Origin: an uncultured delta proteobacterium
Lineage (GTDB): Bacteria > Desulfobacterota > Desulfomonilia > Desulfomonilales > Desulfomonilaceae
DNA length: 64,000 nucleotides
Assembly (NCBI GenBank): GCA_963789265.1
Contig: CAWBKB010000003.1
Location: forward strand, 384,001-448,000
Direction: 5' to 3'
Shown here: positions 19,407-30,341 of the stretch, piece by piece
Layout of the letters: each line of letters opens with the position of its first letter
Position numbering within the stretch: the stretch's first letter is position 1
Made by a program: the position numbers and the translations under genes
Notes under the pieces: generated by a model
Databases searched by the model: none
The model's input: the letters and a program-made list of their open reading frames with translations, nothing else
What the model was told of the DNA's origin: nothing

Positions 19407-19907
19407 ATGTCATCTCGCTGCCTGATAAAGGGAATGACCGCAGCATTCGTTCTCCTCTTTCTCGCATCGGGCTGTGCACCAAGGATCGTCAGGCCCAATC
19501 CCGGGCCGGCACCCGGCTTTACTGGCCCGCAGGCTAGTGGACCAATGATGGAACAGGACGTGCAAATGGTGCAAACAACCCTCAAGCCCATATATTTTGA
19601 TTACGACAAATACATGCTTTCTCCGGAAGCGGAAGCCAACCTTCAGTATGACGCCGAAATTCTCAAGAGGGCCCCCCAGGTGTCAGTGGTCGCTGAAGGG
19701 AACTGCGACGAGCGCGGAACGGCCGAGTACAATCTGGCTCTGGGCGACCGTCGTGCCAGATCCGCGGTGGAATATCTCGCAACTCTCGGAATTGCCCCCA
19801 ATCGATTGTCAACTGTTTCTTACGGGTCGGAACTGCCTGTCGATCCGGGTCACAACGAAGAGGCCTGGGCGAAGAATCGGCGCGTCTATCTTCGGGTCTC
19901 CAGATAG
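19407..19907 (+). CDS. pal: Peptidoglycan-associated lipoprotein Pal
   Basis: Lipobox ASGC; IYFDYDK, EGNCDERGTAEYNLALGDRRA, AWAKNRR. Confidence 0.95.
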   Translation: MSSRCLIKGMTAAFVLLFLASGCAPRIVRPNPGPAPGFTGPQASGPMMEQDVQMVQTTLKPIYFDYDKYMLSPEAEANLQYDAEILKRAPQVSVVAEGNCDERGTAEYNLALGDRRARSAVEYLATLGIAPNRLSTVSYGSELPVDPGHNEEAWAKNRRVYLRVSR

Positions 19908-20051
19908 TGTGTAGTTAGAATGCGGCTATCGGACATGCCTAATACGGATTCGCTTTCAAGCCGGTCACACTGCATTTCTGATGGGACAGTCCCGCCCGGG
20001 CGGGATTGTCTGTCGCCATACCCAAGAATGCGGTCCCGCGTGGAACGCGGG

Positions 20052-20951
20052 ATGCCCCACTTTATCCTGTGTGCCGTTGTCACTTGCCTGAAGGCACACT
20101 GGCACAATCCCTTGGGAAGTGGACGTATCGCCCTTTTCGGAGCGCTCGTTGTCTCGCTGATCTCTCTTTCAGGGTGCCTGACCAGGCCCGGCGGACCTAC
20201 CATGCCATATATCAGACCGGCCCAATCCGTGCCTGCCGTTGATGCTATTCCCCTTCGGCTCTCTTCCCGGTTGCAAGATATGGAAGTTGAAATGCAGCGA
20301 CTCAAGGAGATGATAGAGCGCCTCCAGGCGGCAGGGGGAAACCAAAACTCAATCAAGAATCTTCAGGAAAGGGTCAGCATCATCGAGCGACAACTTGGAA
20401 TAGAGCCTCCCAGGGACGCGGCCGCTACAAGTGCTCCAGCGCCTCCTCCACCTACAAATCCCCCCACCCAGGGGCAGCCGCGAACAACGGGACGCGTTCC
20501 GGCCAACCAGCAAATCCCGACTCCTCCATCGACCCAACCCGTCCCTGTTGAGATCAGCAACCCCCCGCTTCCCCCGGACGAGAAGGCCTACAAAGACGCC
20601 TACACCATGTTCAAGGGGAACTCTTTCGATAGTGCGGTGCTCCAATTCGAGGATTTTCTGAAGAAGTATCCCAAAAGCCAGTTTTGTGCTGATGCAGTGT
20701 ATTGGATCGGAGAGACCCGTTTCGCGCAGGGCCGGTTTGACGAAGCAGTTCTTCAGTTCGATCGGGTGATTAAAAATTTTCCGGGTTCCAAAAAGGAACT
20801 CAGCGCCTTGCTCAGGCAAGGTGAAGCTTTCGAAAAGTTGGGAGACGCTCGTTCAGCAAGGATTATTTTTCGAAAACTTATCAGTGACCATCCTCACACG
20901 GCGCAAGCCCGTATAGCCGGCAGTAGGCTCAAATCGCTGCCTGCGGAATAG
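20052..20951 (+). CDS. ybgF: Tol-Pal protein YbgF/CpoB (start uncertain)
   Basis: Lipobox LSGC, coiled coil, Pro-rich linker, TPR (FLKKYPKS..AVYWIGE); follows pal. Confidence 0.88.
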   Translation: MPHFILCAVVTCLKAHWHNPLGSGRIALFGALVVSLISLSGCLTRPGGPTMPYIRPAQSVPAVDAIPLRLSSRLQDMEVEMQRLKEMIERLQAAGGNQNSIKNLQERVSIIERQLGIEPPRDAAATSAPAPPPPTNPPTQGQPRTTGRVPANQQIPTPPSTQPVPVEISNPPLPPDEKAYKDAYTMFKGNSFDSAVLQFEDFLKKYPKSQFCADAVYWIGETRFAQGRFDEAVLQFDRVIKNFPGSKKELSALLRQGEAFEKLGDARSARIIFRKLISDHPHTAQARIAGSRLKSLPAE

Positions 20952-21012
20952 ATTCAAGACCCAACTTTACCGGGCTGTCACGCAGACCATTTCGATTTCA
21001 AGTAATTAATAC

Positions 21013-21063
21013 AAATCCCCCTTTCCCCTTTACTCAAGGGAGTGTACGGGGATTTTGAAAGCG
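21013..21063. repeat. CCCC/GGGG palindromic repeat, related to 7064..7109
   Basis: AAATCCCC...GGGGATTT inverted arms plus the shared GATTTTGAAAGCG. Confidence 0.5.
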
Positions 21064-21287
21064 TGATGGTGTCAGATCATTGCAACGACAAAGAATTCTT
21101 GCCGTTTCTCACGAACGACCCCTGGCCTCTCGGTTCGGTTGCCTGACGAGGAACGTCCGCCCCCCCCCATTTACCGGGATGCCAAGACCAAATATGTCCG
21201 AAACTTCCGCCTTATAGGCCCCAGTTGCAGGTCGGACTCGCGTCGAGCCTATTGAACGCCGGATGGATATCCTGACGGGCCTCTCCG

Positions 21288-22004
21288 TTACTGCTGCGCG
21301 CCGGTTGGATATGCCTGTGGAAGAGCAGGTTGTTGCGCTACGCCCTGATAGGACTGAGGGGCTGGCTGATAAGCGGACTGCGCCGGATATTGCTGGGGTT
21401 GGGGAGAAGCCTGATAATATTGGGCTCCCCCCTGGTATTGCTGAGGGTTAGCTTGGTATTGCTGAGGGTTAGCTTGGTATTGCTGAGGGTTAGCTTGGTA
21501 TTGCTGAGGGTTAGCTTGGTATTGCTGAGGGTTAGCTTGGTATTGCTGAGGGTTAGCTTGGTATTGCTGAGGGTTAGCTTGGTATTGCTGAGGGTTAGCT
21601 TGGTATTGCTGAGGCGCTCCCCCGTAAGCGGGTTGAGCCGGCTGGGTGACGCTCTGGCCGTAAGCCCCCTGTGGAACCTGCTGCGGATAATATGAGACGG
21701 TAGGCTGTGGAGTCGGCGACATCCCGGGCGAGGCTGCACCCATTGGGCTGTACCCCTGAGTGCTCGCCGGGTTCGTCGGATTTGCCTGCCGGCCTTGCTG
21801 CTGATTAGTCTGGTTTCCCGACCAGAAGGGGTTGAACGTATAGCCGGGGTTGCCTGTCCACCAAGCCCGGAAATCACCGAGAACAGAGTTGTCTATGGCG
21901 TCTCTGCTAGCCGAGCCCGAAAACAGATAATCAAGGAATCCATAACTTGGGACGGTCGAAGCTACCAGAAAAAGGAGCATCCCCAACAGTGCGTACTTTT
22001 TCAT
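21288..22004 (-). CDS. Exported Q/P/Y-rich low-complexity protein with QQYQANP repeats
   Basis: RBS, signal peptide, 8x QQYQANP. Confidence 0.8.
   Translation of the reverse strand: MKKYALLGMLLFLVASTVPSYGFLDYLFSGSASRDAIDNSVLGDFRAWWTGNPGYTFNPFWSGNQTNQQQGRQANPTNPASTQGYSPMGAASPGMSPTPQPTVSYYPQQVPQGAYGQSVTQPAQPAYGGAPQQYQANPQQYQANPQQYQANPQQYQANPQQYQANPQQYQANPQQYQANPQQYQANPQQYQGGAQYYQASPQPQQYPAQSAYQPAPQSYQGVAQQPALPQAYPTGAQQ
21433..21614. repeat. Coding tandem repeat: 8 perfect 21-bp units plus a 14-bp partial unit
   Basis: Unit TGGTATTGCTGAGGGTTAGCT. Confidence 0.97.
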
Positions 22005-22255
22005 GACAAGCCCTTCCTTTAAACAATTTAAACCAATAATTACCGATCAATCATATCGCGGCTGGAACAATCCGTCAAGATCTCAAATGTAATCGGCTAT
22101 TTTTGAAGTAGGGATAAGAAAAGAAGTGCGACTGCCAGAGACTTGATCAAATGAAGGCAAATGCAGCAATGATACCGGCTACGTCGAAGCAGTCCCGATT
22201 GGGGAGACAAAGTCCACGAGTCGATCGACCTACTTAAGGATGAAAAGGGCAAAGG

Positions 22256-23642
22256 TCACTGGAAACTCGTCAGCTCGGTTCGGACTGGTCGGCGGGTCAA
22301 CATTACTCCGTCCAGCGAATGCATCCGCTCGTGAGCAACTGTCATGAAACGGCCTCGCAATGGGGCTTGAACCTTGCGAAGACTCTTAACCAGCTTGTTT
22401 GGGGAAGGCGGAGGGCGGTGATGCCCTTTCACCAGCCACTCAAAATGGAGATGAGGCCCGGTTGCCAAGCCGGTTTGGCCAACGAGGCCTATCTTCTCGT
22501 CCTGCTTCACGTGCTGCCCCTTTTGCACACTGATACGGCTCAGGTGCCCATAGCGGCTCTCACGGCCATTATCGTGCTTCACAAACACGTAGTTCCCCAA
22601 CTGGTAGTGCCGACCGGCGGCGGTGACCACGCCGTTAGCAACGCACCGGACCGGCGTTCCAACAGGAGCGGCAAAGTCTACACCTTTGTGGTTTTTCCAT
22701 TGACCCAGAATGGGGTGCATACGAAAGCCGTACGGGGAGCTGATCCGCAAACGATAGCCGCCCAGGGGTGATCTCAGGAAATCCTTCTTTAATTCCGTGC
22801 CATCTTCATCATAATATTGGCCGTTGAAGAGAATTGCCGTCTTCCTCTTTGTTTTCTTTCCTTCGTAGACAGCGCAGAGGATACGGCCATAGCCTGACGG
22901 GCGGTCATCAGCATATCGTCTCTCAAAGAGAACCTTACATGTGTCACCCCATACGGCGTCAGACTGAAAGTTAATGTCCCAACGGAATATTGTCGCCAAT
23001 TTCGTGGCTAATTCTTTTCCCTCACCAACGCTGCGAAGGGATTTTCTCGAGGTCCCCTTTGAGCCGGAAAGTTACGCTCTCAACCTTGAAGTCGAGCACA
23101 ACATCTTCTTTCCAGGAGTGAATTTCATTGCCCTTCCGAACGGCATGAAAAACCTTGTCTGGAGCCAATTCCAAAGTGGCCTTTAGGAAGCGGCCCTGGC
23201 CGTCAACAATTATGTCGTAGCTCTTTCCGGGCCTGAGCACTGTGAAACCGTCAAAAGGCAAATCAGAGTTTGAGCGAATGACAGAGACCATGCTTGCCAC
23301 TACGCGCTTGCATTCCGATTCGTCAGTCAAATTGTCGTTCAATAGAGAGAAAAGGGTATCACCCCGGCCGGTGATTTCTGCAATCTCCTGGCAACCGCTT
23401 CTGGTTTGATCCGAGGCTTCATTATTGATGGGGTACGGGTACGATTTCTTGTCAATGCTAATTGGTTCAGAGGGAAGATTGCACGATAACTGCGCGTTTC
23501 CGTGGCTGTCTGGCGGAAGACAAAAGTATCCCCCTGCGGCAACTACCCCTAGCAGAACAACGAATAAAATCAATGCCGTTCTTCCAGAGGACCGCGGCTG
23601 GCGCCCATAATTCAAGTTGGCAGAGTGATGATTTAGTCGCAC
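22256..23642 (-). pseudogene. M23 family peptidoglycan endopeptidase (MepM-like), 1-bp frameshift at about 23042-23045 (probably a sequencing error)
   Basis: HKGVDFAAPVGTP, YGHLS, TGPHLHF; removing one A from AAAA joins ORFs 23022..23642 and 22256..22999 (..DLEK-SLRSVGEGKELATKLATIFRWDI). Confidence 0.85.
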
Positions 23643-23878
23643 AGCCTCTTATCCACACCTCTAGTCAGCAAAATCTAGCACCTATCAAAATATCAATCAA
23701 CGCCTAATTATAGCATTTCATGAATAAGACGTCTAAACTTTTCTTGTTGTAGGAACATTTCAAAGATCGGAGTGTCGGGTACTATCACCAAGGGTTACGG
23801 GAATTATCAGCCGTTGTGGTTCATGGGCACATAGCCGCGAAGCGGACGGCCCCTGGCGTCCGGAAGGGAAAGGTCGCC

Positions 23879-24163
23879 ATGAAAGCGGACAATAAAGTAT
23901 GGTTGGACGAGTACGCGGTGAACTGTAGAGTATTTAAGGGAAGGTGGAATATTCGGCATTGCATGAGGATGTATAACGATATAAAAGATCTCAAGATTCA
24001 CATGTCGTCGCGGGCTAAGGGAAAAGTAACGCGTTATGAGTCGGCCTACAACCCATGTGAACGGTGCAAAGTGCTAACACGTTACATAAGCAGCCTCCAT
24101 GAGGAACAGGAACGTTATAGCACTACTGACGAAAGTCCTTACAAGGAAGTGTGGGCCTCTTAG
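23879..24163 (+). CDS. Small four-Cys putative metal-binding protein (94 aa)
   Basis: WLD..C...KGRW....C...PCERC; paralog of 11979..12188. Confidence 0.7.
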   Translation: MKADNKVWLDEYAVNCRVFKGRWNIRHCMRMYNDIKDLKIHMSSRAKGKVTRYESAYNPCERCKVLTRYISSLHEEQERYSTTDESPYKEVWAS

Positions 24164-24201
24164 GATGAGAAAGCGGCAGTTTTGAAACAACTGCTGTCCA
24201 G

Positions 24202-27200
24202 TTACGGTATTTTCCTTTGCATGCCTTGTTGCAGCGCGCGACGAACTTGTATTATACTGTCCCAGCGCTTCGCGGGGTCTTTTTCGAGGCATCCCAGGAT
24301 TATAGGTTCCAGCCAATCCGGAACAGTCGGGTCGATCAACCTTGGGGGAGCAGCAAATATTTTGGTGTGCTGGAATTTGTAATCCTCGAAGGAAGGACCC
24401 TCGAAGGGGAACTCGCCCGTAGCCGCAAAGTAGATAACAATCCCCAGCGAATAAATGTCGGCGGATCTCTCCCTGATAGTACCCACTTTCGAGCGGAAGA
24501 ACTCAGGAGGCATGGAGACAGGATTCATTCCCGGATCTTGCCATCTGGGCTGTCGACCCCGAGTCAGGTTTCGGAATATTTGCGAATACCCGATCCCCAC
24601 CAAGTAGCACCATGAAAGATCGCGGCTCAGAACTATGTTGGACGGGTGCAGATGCAGGTGAAAGGTTCTCCGCAACTGACCGTCGATTCCTTTGTAGTTA
24701 TGGGCATACTCCAGAGCGTCAATCACTTTCGCAATAAGTTCTATCCTCTGCGCCGGTTCCGGCCTTTTTTCAGACTGCATCACCTTTTCCAGGGTGAGGG
24801 CAGCGAACGGGTGAATTAAGCCGCTAACCCCGTTAGGGGCGGTAACGACTTCCAGGATAGGCAGGATGTTCTCGTGGGCCATATTGAAACCGATGTTTGT
24901 GACTTCGTTCAAGAACTCCTTCAAAGTTGGTGGGTCAAGCAAATCATTTCTGAAAAGCCTCATCAAAAAATGCCGACCCGTATTTATCTGAATGACCACA
25001 TGCAGATCTCCCCAGCCGTCACTCATAAGAGGTTCCATTTTCTGGTAAGCGAGAGATCCCGATGTTGGGCGGAATAATTCCTCTTGGGCGAATTCCATTA
25101 AGGGTCTCTTGGAGTAACCGGACACAAAGGTGGTCACAGCCTTTTCATCAAAGGACGTGTCCGCATCTTCCAAATCAATTGTCTGAATGGAAGCGCTGGG
25201 CCCTAAAGAGTCTCTCGGCGGCCGGTCGAGCCCCAATCCGGATTCCTCCATGCCCTTTGCGGATGATTCTTTTGCCGGAGGAGCAGCGGTGAACTCCCCG
25301 GCATCGCCAGGTGCAAGTTTCTTTTTCACTGCTGACAGTGTAATCTAATTTCTGGTCTTCCCTTCTCTTCACCGCCGACGTTGCTCCGGCTCTTACATCC
25401 GAATTTGGTGAGTTATCGGACCTTGTCGGCGATACGACCTTGCTGCGCGCTTCTCTCGCGGAGCCCAACGCGGCCGATTGTCCCAGCGTCCTCAGATAAG
25501 TTAGTATTCGAACTTCATCCGGCCTTTCCTTGACGGCTATCTCCAATATTTCTTTGGCCTCCGGTCCCACAATTTTCCTTTGCACAATTTCGAGAGCCGT
25601 CCTCACGATAAGCGAGGCACCGCCATTTTCGAGGATTTGCCGCAGGAGCCCATGCTCTGTGGCCATCGATGCCACTCGTTCGCACAGTTCGTGATCGTCG
25701 GGCGTTTGCTTGATCAGAACGAGTAAGTGATGGAAACTTTTTCCATATTCTTTGCGATTTTCATAGGCCGCGGCCAATGCAGTGCGGATGATTGCATTGT
25801 GAGGTTCGTATTTGACGAGCTTCTCAAACAACCACACGGCCTCATCATTATGGACCCCCCGTTTGATTAATTGTTTTAATACCTTGGCATTCAGGGCGCG
25901 ATTGCCTTCTTTGATCGTCTGCTCTATCAGGTTGTTGTCGATTATGCATTGGGCCAAGTCCGTCAAGTAATCCTGATTTTCCCCGTCAATCTCATGGAGA
26001 AGTCGCAACTTTCCTATGTATTTGTCGAGGTCTCCCCTAGTCAGATACACGGTACTAAGCATCCTGTTGATTCCGACTGCATTAGGCTGGAATTCCAGGA
26101 CTTTTTCATAGGCTGCCACCGCGTCCGGAGTCACCTCCGACCTGGCCAAGAATATTTGCGCGATTTTCTTGATGATTAACGGGTTTCCTTCCGTCAAGGC
26201 GTCTTGCACGCGTTTATTCTCAACGTAAATCTTGGCTGCTTCTTCGATGTATTCTTCCGATTGCCCTTTATCTAGTTGGTGCAGCATCGTGAGTTCGCTG
26301 ACTGCACGTCGAAAATCTCCGTCCCGATTATAGATGTCGGCAAGAACTCGATGGATTCTCGGGTCTCGCCGGTCATATTCCAGTGACTTAAGGTAAATCC
26401 GTCCAGCCCCGGGAGTCTTGACCTGATCGTCAAGAAATTCCCTGCATACTCCGGCGATCAAGTTCTTATGATTCGATTCAATCGCCAGATCGGTCCGGCC
26501 CTCGGCTATCAGCAAACTCACAACCTCAGGGATGACTCCCGATCCCGCCGTGCCGAACTTCTCCAATTCAATAGCGTGATTAATCAGTTTTTTTGGCTCT
26601 CTGATCTTGCGATATATGTCGAAGAGCTTTTGATGAATCTCATACCGCTGGTCCTCGTCGGACTGAGTCTCCAATAACAACTCGTAGATTTCCGCGGCTT
26701 CAGGCTCCCTTCCTAGGGCCACCATCAGTTCCGCGCCAATGCTATAGTCCTTGTAGCCCTTGAGCCCTCCTAGAGACCGCATCGTTTCCCAGGCTCCGGC
26801 CGCTTCGCGGATTTCGTCCGTCTTTTGGTAACAAACAGTCAGCCTGCGGTAGACGTCCGGCGATCGGACCGCTCCACCTTGCAAGTTGATGTAACGATTG
26901 AAGGCCTTGATTGCCTGCTCGTAATCCCCCGATCGGTAAAGTTCCTCGCCAAGTTTGATCGCGGCTGGAATGGACGCTGTGCGCTGCTCTGCATCCTTCA
27001 TTCTCCTTTGCTTGATGACAAAGAAGGCGATTACGGCACCAATTACGACAACGAGGACCACGAGACCCAGCATCCAGTTCATTGAAACATGTTCGGCCGG
27101 CGGATGCCACGGCACAGTGTATTCTTTGGGTACGTAACCGACCCTTTTGTCAGCTAGTCGGACTCCGACGAATCCGTCTTGCGCGCCTGTGGACTCCAGG

Positions 27201-27397
27201 ACGTCGTCGTGAAGCGCAATAGCCAGGACCTCCGATCCAAACCTCGGTTGAGCGTAGACTTGAACAGAGAGCCGGTCAGGCGCTACAATCTTCACAGCGT
27301 TCGGAAATTCTTGTGCGGTTGCCAGGAAATGTGGGAGGAGGCAAAGGGAACAGATGAGGAGGACCAGGATCTTCACCTTGGTAAGAAACCGTTTCAA
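24202..27397 (-). CDS. SH3-like / TM / TPR / Hanks-type pseudokinase protein, split by an apparent +1 frameshift at about 25322-25345 (or two overlapping genes)
   Basis: Signal peptide, SH3b-like segment (GFVGVRL..GYVP), TM and TPRs in ORF 25175..27397; kinase fold (ALEYAH, HPSNI, PPE, SADIYSLG, CLEKDPAKR) in ORF 24202..25329. Confidence 0.7.
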
Positions 27398-27538
27398 AGA
27401 TATTCCCTCATGTTGGAATGGTGGCGACAGGGTGATTGTTTCATAAGTGTTGATAGTTTAACATGAAGAACTGCCACGAGCAAACTTAAAGCTCAAGACT
27501 TCATGTGGCTGAATTCAATTCGGAGTGATGAAGAACTT

Positions 27539-28690
27539 ATGAATACAGCATTGGATTTTGAGCAGGGGCCTATTAGGCCCCCAAGCGAAGCAGGGAGCCT
27601 GCTCATACGAGTTACGCGGAACTGTCCATGGAACCGATGCGTCTTTTGTAGCACTTACAAGGGCAAAAAATTTTCTCGCAGGAGCCTCGAGGAAGTCAAG
27701 GCTGATGTCGACAGGGCTAAGGCCGTTATGGATGAGATCGGGGAGTTATCCTGGAGAATTGGAGAGGGAGGCAAACTGTCCCAGCGTGCTTTGACGAGTA
27801 TATTGAGAGACGGGAATCTGCCTGACTCGTTTCGTTCAGTGGCACTGTGGATGGCTTCAGGAGGCGAGGCTGTTTTTCTCCAAGACGCCAATTCGCTCAT
27901 GCTTTCAACCGACTCTCTTATCTCCATTCTAAACCACATTCGGCAAACCTTTCCGCAAGTTCAACGAGTGACTTCGTACGCTCGCGCGGCGACTTTAAAG
28001 GGAAAATCGGTAGCTGAATTCGCACGCCTCGGGGCAGCCGGCTTATCGAGACTTCATGTGGGGATGGAATCCGGGTCCGACCGAGTCTTGAAAATGATCG
28101 ACAAAGGGGCCCGTTCCGAACAGATAGTGGCGGGCGGAAAGCAAGCGGTTGAAGGTGGCTTGTCGGTCTGCTTTTACGTCATGCCCGGGATAGGCGGGGT
28201 TGAATTATCTGAGGAGAATGCGCTGGAATCCGCCCGAGTGATCAATGCCGTCAATCCGGGCTTCGTAAGGTTCCGCTCCCTATATGTCAGACGAGGGACG
28301 CCCTTAATGGAGATGGTGAAAAACGGTAGCTTCCGGCCCCCCGATGAAGATCAGATGGTAAGCGAAATCAGGATGCTGATCCAGAATCTGGAAGGCATAT
28401 CCGCTCGGCTTGTCAGCGATCACGTCCTCAACCTTCTCGAGGAAGTCGAAGGCGTTTTGCCCGAGGACAAGCGCCGCATACTCGATATCATTGATCGCTA
28501 TCTCTCTCTCCCGGAAGAAGAGAGGCTGCTCTTCCAACTGGGGCGACGAGGAGGTGCAATCCGATATCTTGACGATTTGGATGAGCCGGTAATGCGGGCT
28601 CGTCTGAAAGAAGCAATGCGACAGATAGACGGCGAAGTCAGCGGCGGTGTGCTAAGCTATATCCAGGCGATTAAGCAGCGGTTTGTGTGA
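27539..28690 (+). CDS. Radical SAM protein
   Basis: GPIRPPSEA..CPWNRCVFC (CxxxCxxC), FLQDAN, HVGMESG. Confidence 0.92.
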   Translation: MNTALDFEQGPIRPPSEAGSLLIRVTRNCPWNRCVFCSTYKGKKFSRRSLEEVKADVDRAKAVMDEIGELSWRIGEGGKLSQRALTSILRDGNLPDSFRSVALWMASGGEAVFLQDANSLMLSTDSLISILNHIRQTFPQVQRVTSYARAATLKGKSVAEFARLGAAGLSRLHVGMESGSDRVLKMIDKGARSEQIVAGGKQAVEGGLSVCFYVMPGIGGVELSEENALESARVINAVNPGFVRFRSLYVRRGTPLMEMVKNGSFRPPDEDQMVSEIRMLIQNLEGISARLVSDHVLNLLEEVEGVLPEDKRRILDIIDRYLSLPEEERLLFQLGRRGGAIRYLDDLDEPVMRARLKEAMRQIDGEVSGGVLSYIQAIKQRFV

Positions 28691-28810
28691 GTTGCCGAGC
28701 CGTTCAGCACGGTTGCTCGAAATGGTGCCCTTTTAGCAATGCTGTCGTAAACCTTGACCAGTCAGCGTGAGAGAACTTCCGTAGGCCCGACTTATGCCTC
28801 TTAAACCAAA

Positions 28811-28844
28811 GAGGAAGAAACTCTCTTTTGCCAAGAGTTTCCTC
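28811..28844. terminator. Probable terminator between convergent genes
   Basis: GAAACTCT / AGAGTTTC stem extended by GAG/CTC. Confidence 0.45.
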
Positions 28845-28903
28845 CTTCATTGCAATGGGGATGGCGCGCCGTCTTGACTTGAGCCCGCCACAGCACCGGC
28901 CGA

Positions 28904-30217
28904 CTATTTTGCCAACGAAGCAGTAGAAGGCAATTTGGTCGGTTTCTCCATTTTGAGCTGTTTCACTGTAACGTCTGATTTAATCCATTGCAAAGCCTTC
29001 CTGAGGACCGGATCGGTTTTGGGATCCGGTGTCTCATGCAGGAACTTGTTATGTTTGCCTTTCTTCTTATTTTCCGGCTTTGCCTCTTCTGCGGCTTCCT
29101 GTTCCCGCTGCTTCTTTACTTCCTGTTTCATGTCCACGTCGGGAACAATGCCGGTCTTCTGAATGTGGCGCCCCTTAGGGGTGTAATAGTACGCGGTCGT
29201 AAGTCTCAGTCCCGTTTTGCTGTCCAGGGGTATAATAGTCTGAACTGACGCCTTGCCAAACGATTTAGTCCCGAAAATGGCTGCCCGGTCGTGATCTTGC
29301 AAGGCCCCGGCCACGATCTCCGAGGCGCTGGCGCTACCTTCATTTATCAGCACCGCCATCCTAAACTTATAATGTTTTCCGGTCCTAGTGGCCTTGAATT
29401 CCATTTGCTGGTCCTTCGACCTGCCATCGGTATAAACGATTAAGTCTCCCTTTTCCAAGAAGAGATTCGCAACTTTCCAGGCTTGATCAAGAAGGCCGCC
29501 GGGGTTGTTCCGCAAATCCAACACCATTCCCTTGATCTTTGCGTCTCCCCCCATCTCCTTAAGAGCGTTGCCCAAATCCGTGTCGGTGCTCTCCTGAAAG
29601 CTGGCGATCCTGACATAGGGATACCCGGGCTCGAGCATCTGGGTCTTCACTGAGTGCACGTGGATGATGGCTCGCTCGAAGGTGTAATCCTTGAATTCTC
29701 TGAACCCTTCTCGCATGACCGTCAGAGTAACCTTGGTTCCCGGGCGTCCCCTCATCTGCTTTACTGCTTTGAGCAAAGTAATGTTCTTCGTGGTCTCACC
29801 GTCGATTTTGAGGATCTTATCCCCGGGTTTTAGGCCGGCCTTGTATGCGGGCGTGTCTTCGATCGGAGAAACGATCGTCAAGATGCCGTTTTCAAGGGTG
29901 ATCTCGATCCCCAGCCCTCCGAATTCTCCTTTGGTTTCGACTTGGAGTTCCTTAAACATCTCTTCGTTCAGATACTGGGAGTGGGGGTCCAGAGACTGGA
30001 GCATGCCGTTGATGGCTCCCTGAATGAGGTCTTTATCCGAAACGTCCTTGACATAGTGTTTTTGAACGATTCCCATGACGTCTCGGAAGAGCTTCAGCTC
30101 TTTATAGTCCGGGGATTTGGTAGCGCTCTCCGCCGGAAGCGTTTGTGCCGGCAAGAAAGTGGCTCCAATAATAGCCAGTATGAGAAGCGCAGATCTAATT
30201 GTTTTGTTGATTGTCAT
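28904..30217 (-). CDS. ctpA: S41 carboxyl-terminal processing protease with PDZ domain
   Basis: LDPHS, GLGIEI, DLRNNPGGLL, SASASEIVAGALQD, SFGKASVQ. Confidence 0.93.
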   Translation of the reverse strand: MTINKTIRSALLILAIIGATFLPAQTLPAESATKSPDYKELKLFRDVMGIVQKHYVKDVSDKDLIQGAINGMLQSLDPHSQYLNEEMFKELQVETKGEFGGLGIEITLENGILTIVSPIEDTPAYKAGLKPGDKILKIDGETTKNITLLKAVKQMRGRPGTKVTLTVMREGFREFKDYTFERAIIHVHSVKTQMLEPGYPYVRIASFQESTDTDLGNALKEMGGDAKIKGMVLDLRNNPGGLLDQAWKVANLFLEKGDLIVYTDGRSKDQQMEFKATRTGKHYKFRMAVLINEGSASASEIVAGALQDHDRAAIFGTKSFGKASVQTIIPLDSKTGLRLTTAYYYTPKGRHIQKTGIVPDVDMKQEVKKQREQEAAEEAKPENKKKGKHNKFLHETPDPKTDPVLRKALQWIKSDVTVKQLKMEKPTKLPSTASLAK

Positions 30218-30341
30218 GGGAAATCCTCATCCGCTGCGTGTTACGAAGGTTTCCAAGAAAAGCCTCCATTGTGAAAGAGTTGAATGCTATCATACGTTAT
30301 CGGGTGTCACAAGTGAAGACGTCCACTTCTGAGGAACAAAA

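Noticed and set aside
19920..20051. N-terminal extension of ybgF in the ORF track
   Set aside because: Made of palindromic hairpins and places the lipobox too far from the start; likely non-coding.
21433..21614. CRISPR array
   Set aside because: Units are contiguous with no spacers, in frame within a CDS, and no cas genes are present.
25322..25345. Programmed -1 frameshift at GAAAAAG
   Set aside because: Joining the frames needs +1, and similar indels elsewhere point to sequencing error.
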